This document shows positions 1-7,790 of a stretch of DNA of 32,000 nt, piece after piece. Positions within the stretch are counted from its first letter, which is position 1; the number at the start of each line of letters is the position of its first letter. The notes beneath the pieces were generated by a model. It saw only the letters and a list, made by a program, of their open reading frames with translations, had not been told where the DNA came from and made no database searches. The stretch lies in the NCBI RefSeq assembly GCF_016592615.1, contig NZ_AP013043.1, forward strand, positions 270,001-302,000, written 5' to 3'. Both the position numbers and the translations under genes were made by a program. The DNA comes from Isorropodon fossajaponicum endosymbiont JTNG4. Lineage in GTDB: Bacteria > Pseudomonadota > Gammaproteobacteria > PS1 > Pseudothioglobaceae.

Positions 1-31
1 CAATACCCCCTTGAGGGGGAAACACTAGATT

Positions 32-295
32 ATGCCAAACTCATGGTGCATGAGAATTACACCAATAAAAAAAATCATGATAATATCAGGAGCTTGCTCC
101 TCAGCAGTTAGCAGATGGAGAAAACAATACCTAGCAGAGCTTGGTGGACAAACACCAGAGTCAGGCAAAGCGCTGACTTCTGAACAACAAACAATACAAC
201 TGCTTGAGAAACAACTTTGGCGCGCACAAAGGGACAATGAAATCTTAAAAAAGGCAACAGCCTTGTTCGCTGTGGACAATCACCAAGTGATATGA
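32..295 (+). CDS. IS3-family transposase OrfA segment (HTH-like ...SGACSSAVSRWRKQY..., leucine-zipper-like ...LLEKQLWRAQRDNEILKKA)
   Basis: ORF-track translation. The real start is probably the ATG with the strong AAGGAGG Shine-Dalgarno seen in copies 2 and 3 (7856 in copy 2). It lies in another frame and is joined only if the A8 run at 67-74 is read as A7, so this ORF may be a fragment. Confidence 0.6.
   Translation: MPNSWCMRITPIKKIMIISGACSSAVSRWRKQYLAELGGQTPESGKALTSEQQTIQLLEKQLWRAQRDNEILKKATALFAVDNHQVI
247..253 (+). promoter_or_regulatory. Candidate programmed -1 ribosomal frameshift heptamer A AAA AAG (orfA to orfB)
   Basis: It sits in the orfA zero frame as tta-aaa-aag. The -1 frame stays open from here into orfB, apart from one TGA at 343-345. 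This is the classical IS3-family motif. Confidence 0.55.
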
Positions 296-420
296 TTATC
301 AAGATAAACAAGGCTTGCCAACAATACAATACTAAAGAATTATGAGCATTACTCAAACTTCCTCGCAGTAGTTATTACTATCAAGTCAAAGATAAGCGAG
401 TAAACAACAACACCAACGCT

Positions 421-1149
421 ATGATTAAATTAATCAAACAAACTGCTATTGAAGTTGGATACACCTATGGCAAACGCAGAATGCGAGTAGTTTTGAATAA
501 CCAAGGTTATAACATTGGTATTTACCAAACTGCAACGCTAATGAAAAAAGCCAATGTAGTTGCCATACGCCCAAGAAAGCGTCATTATTACCCTAATACT
601 AGATTGATGTTTAAAAAGGCAAAAAACCTATTAAATCGTGTGTTTGAGCAGCAATCAATTAATACGCATTGGGTTGGTGATATTACCTATATCAAAACCT
701 ATCAAGGTGGGAGTTATTTAGCCAGTGTGTTGGATTTAGGCTCAAGACAAGTTGTTGGTTGGGCATTGTCAAAACAGCCTAATGCTCAGTTGGCAAAGGA
801 TGCGCTTAGTAATGCTGTGTCTAGACACCAGCCCAATACAAATAAACACATGTTTCACTCTGATCAAGGGACTCAATACTCTTCTAAAGTTTTTATTGAT
901 TATTGCAACAAGAACAACATTACTCAAAGCATGAGCAGGCGAGGTAATTGTTGGGATAATGCGGTCATGGAGCGTTTCTTTAGAAGTCTGAAGACTGAGA
1001 GATTAAATTATCAAAGTTTTGCAAATCATAGTGAAGTCGTGCAAAATGTAGAGGGTTATATCTACTTGTATAATTACAAAAGGATTCATTCAGCGATTGG
1101 GTATTTAACACCTGCTCAAAAGATGGCTGAATTGAAAAAAGCGGCTTGA
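421..1149 (+). CDS. IS3-family transposase OrfB (rve / DDE integrase core)
   Basis: Motifs WVGDITY, HSDQGTQY and CWDNAVMERFF (DD..E) plus C-terminal IGYLTPAQ. The same frame continues upstream to about 254 (...ELxALLKLPRSSYYYQ...) but contains an in-frame TGA at 343-345. Confidence 0.85.
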   Translation: MIKLIKQTAIEVGYTYGKRRMRVVLNNQGYNIGIYQTATLMKKANVVAIRPRKRHYYPNTRLMFKKAKNLLNRVFEQQSINTHWVGDITYIKTYQGGSYLASVLDLGSRQVVGWALSKQPNAQLAKDALSNAVSRHQPNTNKHMFHSDQGTQYSSKVFIDYCNKNNITQSMSRRGNCWDNAVMERFFRSLKTERLNYQSFANHSEVVQNVEGYIYLYNYKRIHSAIGYLTPAQKMAELKKAA

Positions 1150-1178
1150 AATGTGTCCAAGTAGGTTAGAGCATTGCA

Positions 1179-1468
1179 GTTTGAATACATTAGCCAAGCA
1201 TTAAGAGACTGGGTACAAGCCTTAGGTATTGAGTTAATGTACATCCAACCAGGTAAGCCAACTCAAAATGCCTACATTGAGAGATTTAACCGTACAGTAA
1301 GACAAGAGTGTTTAGATCTGCATTTGTTTGATTCTGTTGAGCAAGCACAAGATGCAACCACACAGTGGTTATGGGTTTATAATAACGAACGACCGCACTT
1401 TGCCCTAGGTGGCGTGATAAGATGACTAGCCTCTACTTTAGAGTTGTATGGAAAATTGGGGTATTACA
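1179..1468 (+). pseudogene. 3' fragment of a second IS3-family element (IS-B): C-terminal ~83 codons of an rve integrase plus a putative right terminus
   Basis: Translation ...EYISQALRDWVQALGIELMYIQPGKPTQNAYIERFNRTVRQECL...VYNNERPHFALGG is the typical C-terminal third of an IS3-family OrfB. It begins directly after the IS-A right end. The terminus ...ggggtattaca (about 1458-1468) resembles the sequence at 27401-27420. Confidence 0.8.
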
Positions 1469-1473
1469 TATTG

Positions 1474-1651
1474 AAAAATACTTAGACTAGAATGTGGCAA
1501 AATACTTTAACCTTAGAACCATAAACTACTTTTTTTAAAATGAACAATGACTTTCCACGAATAAAAATACTTAGACTAGAATGTGGCAAAATACTTTAAC
1601 CTTAGAACCATAAACTACTTTTTTTAAAATGAACAATGACTTTCCACGAAT
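1474..1651 (+). repeat. 89-bp tandem direct duplication (two units, 1474-1562 and 1563-1651) covering the alaC upstream region and its first 9 codons
   Basis: Read directly. The match of 1474-1567 to 1563-1656 appears exact at an 89-nt offset. Confidence 0.95.
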
Positions 1652-2816
1652 AAAAAGACTGCCTGCTTATGTCTTTGCGGTTACTAACGAGCTAAAGGCC
1701 AAGGCACGTGCACGCGGTGAAGATATTATTGACTTTGGCATGGGCAATCCTGACCAACCAACGCCTGATCATATTGTTGAAAAACTGGTAGAAGCGGCGC
1801 GGCGTAAAGACACACATCGCTATTCTACCTCCCGCGGCATTCCGCGATTACGCAAAGCCATTGCTAATTGGTATAAAAGGCGCTTTGATGTTGATATTGA
1901 TCCAGAAACTGAAGCCATTGTTACTATTGGCTCTAAAGAGGGGTTGTCTAATTTAGCACAGGCCGTTGTGGGTAATGGCGATACGGTATTAGTGCCTAAC
2001 CCTGCTTATCCTATTCATCCGTATGGATTTGTGATTGCAGGTGCAGATATTCAACATGTGCCTTGCGGTCTAGATGATGATTTTTTAGCAGAATTAGAGC
2101 ACTCTATTAAAAATACTTGGCCAAAGCCAAAGATGCTGGTTTTAAATTATCCGTCTAACCCAACCACACAGTGCGCTGAATTAGATTTTTTTGAAAAAGT
2201 CATTAAAATTGCCAAAGAGCATGAAATTTGGGTGGTGCAAGATTTGGCCTATGCAGACATTGTATTTGATGGCTATGTAGCGCCCAGTATTTTACAAGTA
2301 GAAGGCGCTAAAGAGATTGCTGTTGAGTTTTTCTCGTTGTCAAAAAGCTACAACATGCCAGGTTGGCGCGTGGGCTTTATGGTGGGCAATCCAACCTTAG
2401 TAAACGCACTTGCCAAAATCAAATCTTACCTAGATTATGGCATGTTCACCCCTATTCAGGTCGCCGCTATTGAGGCGCTAGAAGGCGACCAAAGTTGTGT
2501 GAAAGAGATATCTAATATGTACCAAGACAGGCGTGATGTACTCTGTGGCGGTTTGAAATCAATTGGTTGGGTGGTGACACCGCCTAAAGCCACGATGTTT
2601 GTTTGGGCAAAAATTCCTGAATTTTATCAGTACATGGGCTCGTTAGAGTTTACCAAAAAACTGCTTAAAATCGCAAAAGTTGGCGTGTCTCCTGGCATTG
2701 GCTTTGGTAGTTATGGCGATCAATACGTGCGTTTTGGGCTGATTGAAAACGAACACAGAACCCGCCAAGCAATTCGAGGCATTCGCGAGATGTTTAAACA
2801 AGATGGCTTGCTATAA
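1629..2816 (+). CDS. alaC: Glutamate-pyruvate (alanine) aminotransferase, class I/II PLP enzyme
   Basis: Near-collinear similarity to my recollection of E. coli AlaC/YfdZ (RLPxYVF...GEDIIDFxMGNPD...[13 protein letters not shown]...LSKSYNMxGWRxGFMVGN...VSPGIGFG). Confidence 0.85.
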   Translation: MNNDFPRIKRLPAYVFAVTNELKAKARARGEDIIDFGMGNPDQPTPDHIVEKLVEAARRKDTHRYSTSRGIPRLRKAIANWYKRRFDVDIDPETEAIVTIGSKEGLSNLAQAVVGNGDTVLVPNPAYPIHPYGFVIAGADIQHVPCGLDDDFLAELEHSIKNTWPKPKMLVLNYPSNPTTQCAELDFFEKVIKIAKEHEIWVVQDLAYADIVFDGYVAPSILQVEGAKEIAVEFFSLSKSYNMPGWRVGFMVGNPTLVNALAKIKSYLDYGMFTPIQVAAIEALEGDQSCVKEISNMYQDRRDVLCGGLKSIGWVVTPPKATMFVWAKIPEFYQYMGSLEFTKKLLKIAKVGVSPGIGFGSYGDQYVRFGLIENEHRTRQAIRGIREMFKQDGLL

Positions 2817-2843
2817 AAACGAATTTGACGCAAACTCAAAATC

Positions 2844-3680
2844 ATGAAACTATCAGCCAACGAATTCAAAAACTCTAATCACAAATGCTTAACGCTATTA
2901 GGCATGTCAGGCGTGGGAAAAACACACCTAGCAAAACTCCTTAACCGTCAAGATAAATACTTTCATTATTCTGGTGACTATCGCATTGGTGCTGAGTATT
3001 TGAATGATAAAATTTTAGACAACATCAAGAGTCACGTCAAACAAGACAAATGGCTTAGAAATCTGCTGGATAACGAGTCTATCAGCATTCAAAATCATAT
3101 TACCTTTGATAATTTATCATCAGTCTCTGCTTTTTTAGGCAAGACAGGCAATCCTGAACTGGGCGGCACACCCATTGATACTTTTGTTGCCCGTCAAGCG
3201 ATGCACCTAAACGCAGAAACCAAGGCCATGCTTGACGTGCCACAATTTATACAAAAAGCAAAAACACAAGGATTTAATCATTTTATTAATGATACAGGTG
3301 GTAGTCTGTGTGAATTAGACAATGAGCAGGTATATCAAACCCTAGCTGATAACACAGTGATTCTTTATATTAGAGCCAGTAAAACCAACGAAACCGCTTT
3401 GGTTGAACGTGCACAAACACACCCAAAACCTTTGTATTATCAGGCTGATTTTCTGAAGCAACAATTGGATGTTTATCTGCAAAAAAATCAGCTAATTTAT
3501 ATCGCACAAATCGACCCAAACGAGTTTGTACGCTGGGTGTTCCCACGCCTGCTTAAACATCGAAAGCCAAAATATGAAGCCATTGCTAAAAAATATGGCT
3601 ACATCATTGATAGCGAGGATCTGTATCAGTGCAAGCATGCCAATGAGGTCTTTGAGCTTATTTATGGAGCGATGAACTAA
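2844..3680 (+). CDS. P-loop NTPase / shikimate-kinase-like protein of unknown function
   Basis: Walker A GMSGVGKT near the N-terminus and a later DTGGS motif, about 278 aa. The stop overlaps the metA start (TAATG at 3678-3682). I do not recognise a characterised family. Confidence 0.6.
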   Translation: MKLSANEFKNSNHKCLTLLGMSGVGKTHLAKLLNRQDKYFHYSGDYRIGAEYLNDKILDNIKSHVKQDKWLRNLLDNESISIQNHITFDNLSSVSAFLGKTGNPELGGTPIDTFVARQAMHLNAETKAMLDVPQFIQKAKTQGFNHFINDTGGSLCELDNEQVYQTLADNTVILYIRASKTNETALVERAQTHPKPLYYQADFLKQQLDVYLQKNQLIYIAQIDPNEFVRWVFPRLLKHRKPKYEAIAKKYGYIIDSEDLYQCKHANEVFELIYGAMN

Positions 3681-4735
3681 TGCCACTAATTGCACATTCA
3701 AACTTGCCTGCTTTTGCACGTCTTAAAGATGAGGGTGAAACCATTCTATCAAAAAACAGAGCAAGCAACCAAGCTATTCGTGAATTGCATATTGGCTTAT
3801 TAAACATGATGCCAGATGCTGTACTTGAAGCAACCGAGCGCCAATTTTTTCGTCTTATTGGGCACTCTAACCAAATTGCACAATTTTATCTACATCCATT
3901 TACACTATCGTCAATCAAGCGTGGCGAAAAAACAAGCAAACACATCAAACAACATTATCAAATTTTTGCAGACATTAAAACCCAAGGGCTTGATGCACTG
4001 ATTATTACAGGTGCACATATTGAACAAGCAGAGTTGCAAAAAGCACTTTTCTATGAAGAATTAAAAGAAGTGGTTGATTGGTCGTACGACCACGTTACTT
4101 CAACACTGTGCTCATGCTTGGCAACGCATGCTGTTTTGGAATTTAGATATGGACAAAAACGCCAAGCCATTGGTGGAAAATGTTGGGGTGTATTTCCACA
4201 CCAAGTGCTAGAGAGGCAGCACCCTTTAATGAGTGGCGTGAATACGCGCTTTGATGTGCCCCATTCTCGCTTTAATGAAATTTCAAAAGCACAATTTGAT
4301 GCTGCTGGAGTTAAAATTTTAGTTGAAAGCAAAATCGGTGTACACTTAGGCGTTAGTGAAGATTTATTAAGGATTGTATTTTTTCAAGGTCATCCAGAGT
4401 ACGACACTATTAGCCTATTAAAAGAATACAAGCGCGATATTATTGCCTATTTGGAAAAAACACGAGATGACTATCCGCCTTTCCCTGAGCACTATTTAAC
4501 CGAGCAAAGCAAAGCCATTCTCAATGAGTATAAAACCAAGCTTTTGTCCACAAAATTTAGCATTGCAGACTTTCCTGAACAACTCATTAGCAAAACCCTA
4601 AATAACACTTGGGGCAATGCCACTAATGTCATTATCAATAACTGGATTGGTTGCGTTTACCAAACAACTCATGAGGACATTAACAAGCCATTTATGGGTG
4701 ACATTAATCCGCATGACCCGCTTAATTTAAAATAG
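3680..4735 (+). CDS. metA: Homoserine O-acyl(succinyl/acetyl)transferase, MetA family
   Basis: Motifs as in E. coli MetA: LHIGLLNLMP-like IGLLNMMPD, DALIITGA, VxDWSYDHVTSTLCSC, PHSRFNE, GHPEYD. Confidence 0.9.
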   Translation: MPLIAHSNLPAFARLKDEGETILSKNRASNQAIRELHIGLLNMMPDAVLEATERQFFRLIGHSNQIAQFYLHPFTLSSIKRGEKTSKHIKQHYQIFADIKTQGLDALIITGAHIEQAELQKALFYEELKEVVDWSYDHVTSTLCSCLATHAVLEFRYGQKRQAIGGKCWGVFPHQVLERQHPLMSGVNTRFDVPHSRFNEISKAQFDAAGVKILVESKIGVHLGVSEDLLRIVFFQGHPEYDTISLLKEYKRDIIAYLEKTRDDYPPFPEHYLTEQSKAILNEYKTKLLSTKFSIADFPEQLISKTLNNTWGNATNVIINNWIGCVYQTTHEDINKPFMGDINPHDPLNLK

Positions 4736-5760
4736 TGCACTCAATCTCAAAGCCACTACTGAAGTGGTTTGACCAGTTTGGTCGTCACTGCCTGCCTTGG
4801 CAAGCAGTACAAGATATGCCAAACAACCCTTATCATGTTTGGCTGAGTGAAGTCATGCTGCAGCAAACTCAAGTAGCAACGGTTATTGATTATTTTAATA
4901 ATTTTATTCAGCATTTTCCCACATTAGCCGCCTTAGCCAACGCTTCTGAAGACGCAGTATTGGCTCAATGGGCAGGCTTGGGATATTACGCCAGAGCAAG
5001 AAACCTACACACAACTGCCAATATCGTCATAAACCAATACCAAGGCAATTTTCCAACTGAGTTTAAACAAGTGATTGACTTGCCCGGTATAGGCGAATCC
5101 ACAGCAGGTGCTATTTTAGCCATTAGCTTTAATCAAAACCACGCCATACTCGATGGTAATGTTAAGCGCGTACTCTCAAGATACCATCAAGTTAAGGGTC
5201 ATTACGGACAAAGCAAAACACTTAAAGAGCTATGGCACTTGGCTAGATATCACACGCCTAATGAGCGTAACGCTGACTATACACAAGCCATCATGGATCT
5301 AGGCGCAACCCTGTGTACTCAACGTAAGCCAGATTGTGAGCAGTGCCCAATCCAATCCGATTGTTTGGCGCAACAAACCAACACTCAAGATAAATACCCC
5401 AATCCAAAGCCAAGGAAAAACAAACCCACCCGCTCAATTGCCATGCTAATTTTTAAAGATGACAAACACAACGTCTACTTACAAAAACGCCCAAACAAGG
5501 GTGTTTGGGGTGGGTTGTGGAGCTTTGTAGAGTGTGCAGATAATGGCAAAGATATTCAGCAAGCCATAACTGATTTTCACCCATCAGCTTTGATAGAAAA
5601 AAGCCTAGCCATTTTTAAACACAGCTTCACCCATTATCATTTGCTGATTCACCCAATACTCATCCACTGCCTAGATGTCAAGGGTGAGTTTAAATCCTTA
5701 TCTCAGTTAAATATTGGTGTGCCAAAACCAGTTAATAACATCCTTCGCCAATTAGACTAA
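4735..5760 (+). CDS. mutY: A/G-specific adenine DNA glycosylase
   Basis: LPWQ...PYHVWLSEVMLQQTQV...GLGYYARARNLH, a Cys cluster CxxxxxxCxxCPxxxxC, and a NUDIX-like C-terminus. The GTG start overlaps the metA stop by 1 nt. Confidence 0.9.
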   Translation: MHSISKPLLKWFDQFGRHCLPWQAVQDMPNNPYHVWLSEVMLQQTQVATVIDYFNNFIQHFPTLAALANASEDAVLAQWAGLGYYARARNLHTTANIVINQYQGNFPTEFKQVIDLPGIGESTAGAILAISFNQNHAILDGNVKRVLSRYHQVKGHYGQSKTLKELWHLARYHTPNERNADYTQAIMDLGATLCTQRKPDCEQCPIQSDCLAQQTNTQDKYPNPKPRKNKPTRSIAMLIFKDDKHNVYLQKRPNKGVWGGLWSFVECADNGKDIQQAITDFHPSALIEKSLAIFKHSFTHYHLLIHPILIHCLDVKGEFKSLSQLNIGVPKPVNNILRQLD

Positions 5761-5771
5761 AATAAACGCTT

Positions 5772-6674
5772 ATGAAACTCATTCGTGGCTTAAAAAATTT
5801 AAAACCTCATTCGGGCAGTGTCGTTACCATTGGCAACTTTGATGGTGTGCATATAGGGCATCAAAAAATTATCAAAACCTTGGTTAATAAAGCACAAGCC
5901 ATGAATTTACCATCAGTGCTTGCTTCCTTTGCACCAACGCCACAACACTTTTTTGGACACGCGCAAGCCACACTGAGTAGTTTTAAGCAAAAACACGCCT
6001 TGCTTGCAAACCTTGGACTAGATGAGCACTTATTAATCAACTTTAATACGCCATTCTCACGACTCTCTGCTGACGCCTTCATTCAGCAGATATTGCTAGA
6101 TAAACTCAATATTAAGTACTGCCTAGTTGGCGATGATTTTCGTTTTGGTTCCAACCGAACAGGTGATTTTTCTTTGCTACAAACTTTTGATTTTGAGGTA
6201 GAAAAAACACCCACTGTGTTTCACAACTTTGACAGGGTCAGCAGCTCAAAAATCAGACAATCACTTAAAGAGGGTGATTTTGATTTGGCAAATCAACTGT
6301 TAGGGCGAGAATTTTCAATCTCAGGAAAAATCATTCACGGTCAAAAACAAGGCAGAACCATCGGTTTTTCCACAATCAATATTCCCATTAAAAGAAAAAT
6401 CAGCCCACTATTAGGCGTGTTTGCCGTTAATGTAGCATTAAATGGCAAGATTTACAACGGCGTCTGCAATCTTGGCAAGCGCCCCACAGTTGGGGGTGAA
6501 ACAATCTTACTAGAAGTCTTTTTATTTGACTTTAACAGCCAAGTTTATGGCGAAAATGCCAAGGTTATATTCAAATACAAAATTCGTGATGAACAAAAAT
6601 TAGACTCTTTTCCAGCACTAAAACAACAAATAAAGTCAGATGTTAAAAATGCTAAAAACTTTTTTGGACTCTAA
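5772..6674 (+). CDS. ribF: Bifunctional riboflavin kinase / FAD synthetase
   Basis: TIGNFDGVHIGHQ N-terminal nucleotidyltransferase motif and a C-terminal riboflavin kinase domain (GxxxGRTIGFxTIN...LEVFLFDF). Confidence 0.9.
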   Translation: MKLIRGLKNLKPHSGSVVTIGNFDGVHIGHQKIIKTLVNKAQAMNLPSVLASFAPTPQHFFGHAQATLSSFKQKHALLANLGLDEHLLINFNTPFSRLSADAFIQQILLDKLNIKYCLVGDDFRFGSNRTGDFSLLQTFDFEVEKTPTVFHNFDRVSSSKIRQSLKEGDFDLANQLLGREFSISGKIIHGQKQGRTIGFSTINIPIKRKISPLLGVFAVNVALNGKIYNGVCNLGKRPTVGGETILLEVFLFDFNSQVYGENAKVIFKYKIRDEQKLDSFPALKQQIKSDVKNAKNFFGL

Positions 6675-6711
6675 ATATTGCTTAGACATACCAATGTTTA
6701 TGCTCTTAAAT

Positions 6712-7266
6712 TTAGACAAAACTCCCCCAGACTTGCTTCTCAGCTTTCTCTGCAAGATACTTGCTATGTGTATTTAGGAATTTTTTTGAAGCGGTTTCCA
6801 GTTGTTTATATATATCTTTTATTTTTTCATTAGAGCGATGTGTTAAATATATAGGGATAACAATACTAGCAACCAATATGGAAAACAGAACCCACCACAC
6901 CTCATCAAAATTATCAACAATATATTTAATTTGGGTTAAGTGTTGATATACAGTTGCAAATAATAGTATGCATAAAACTATTGCTATATTGAGATTAATC
7001 CACTTAGTCCAATACGATTCATCTATTTTTTTTAAGTAGAAAATTTCCTGTAGAAATAAATTTTTTGTAAGAATTTGTTACTGCCTCTTCTGCCAATCTA
7101 TTAGAGTTATTTTGACAGTATTCTTTACTTCCTTACGGCTTGTTATTTGTTGTATTTTATCTTGTATTTGATGTTTGTTAAATAAAGGCTTAACCTCCCT
7201 ATACGCCAAATTAAAAACAATCGAAATTTCTAATAAACATACTAAATCAAGAAAACCAGACGACAT
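6712..7266 (-). pseudogene. 184-codon reading frame with one in-frame TAA (7078-7080); predicted two-TM protein of unknown function
   Basis: My hand translation shows ORFs 7078-7266 and 6712-6900 in the same frame. The 177 nt between them is open apart from the single TAA. Two hydrophobic helices: INLNIAIVLCILLFATVY and VWWVLFSILVASIVIPIYL. Confidence 0.4.
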
Positions 7267-7303
7267 TATTTTTTTAATATTTTAAGAAAAATTAAGTGCA
7301 CTA

Positions 7304-7790
7304 GACCCTGTAAACCAGATTGTGTAAACCCTCATATTTTATAATCCCCGAAAAGGAGAAAAAACATGAGTAACACAATACCAAGAAACAAAAAAAAAGC
7401 AACTTAACAACACAGGCATCAACCAGAAAAAGCTCCGTGCTTTTGCTGATGAACTTGCCAAAGACATCCACACCCAAGATGATTTAGCAGGTCTATCTGC
7501 TTCACTGGTTAAAATGACCATTGAAGCAGCATTAGGTGCTGAGATGGAACATCATCTTGGTTATCCAAAATATGGGCAAAATAGCAGCGAGCTTAATACA
7601 GACAGCAATGCTCGTAATGGCTATTACCCTAAAACCGTCAAAGGCAATCATGGTGAAGTTGAACTTGCTATCCCAAGAGACCGCAGAGGTAGCTTTGAAC
7701 CTTTAATTATTGAAAAAGGTCAAACGCCGATTGGGTGCTTTTGATAGTCAGATATTAAGCCTATATGCCAAAGGCATAGGTACCCGTGAT
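7304..7790 (+). pseudogene. 5' fragment of an IS256-family (Mutator-type) transposase with frameshifts
   Basis: ATG at 7366. Translation across frames reads ...DDLAGLSASLVKMTIEAALGAEMEHHLGY...NARNGYYPKTVKGNHGEVELAIPRDRRGSFEPLIIEKGQT...FDSQILSLYAKGIGTRD, the canonical IS256-family N-terminal region. Frame changes are needed at the A9 run (7390-7398) and near 7730-7740. It ends where IS-A copy 2 begins. The left terminus (about 7304) is approximate. Confidence 0.75.

Larger units (their letters stand above)
1..1178 (+). mobile_element. IS3-family insertion sequence, copy 1 (IS-A); first ~122 bp lie outside the window
   Basis: OrfA/OrfB layout with orfB in the -1 frame and an A AAA AAG heptamer at 247-253. 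OrfB carries a DDE core. The right terminal 27 bp (1152-1178, tgtgtccaagtaggttagagcattgca) is the exact reverse complement of the left terminus seen in copy 3 (26619-26645). Positions 1-330 are repeated at 7913-8202 and, inverted, at 26195-26523. Inferred full length is about 1300 bp. Confidence 0.85.

Noticed and set aside
343-345. TGA as selenocysteine or programmed read-through in IS-A OrfAB
   Set aside because: There is no SECIS-like structure obvious downstream, and a Cys codon one transition away is the simplest ancestral state. I treat it as a nonsense mutation.
25-356. Antisense ORFs inside IS-A (25-279 and 108-356 minus, with their repeats at 7938-8251 and 26196-26500)
   Set aside because: They mirror the orfA frame of a recognisable IS3 transposase, have low-complexity Cys/Ser-rich translations, and show no start context. 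They are shadow ORFs copied along with the repeat.
1174-1425. Stand-alone 83-aa ORF
   Set aside because: It is only the C-terminal third of an IS3-family integrase. Its apparent TTG start lies inside the IS-A terminal repeat.
1474-1651. Possible CRISPR or minisatellite
   Set aside because: There are only two directly abutting identical 89-bp units with no spacers. The content is the alaC leader and 5' coding sequence, so it is a simple tandem duplication.
6761-6946. Plus-strand 61-aa ORF in the AT-rich gap after ribF
   Set aside because: It overlaps the longer minus-strand two-TM frame, has a low-complexity translation, and has no ribosome-binding site.
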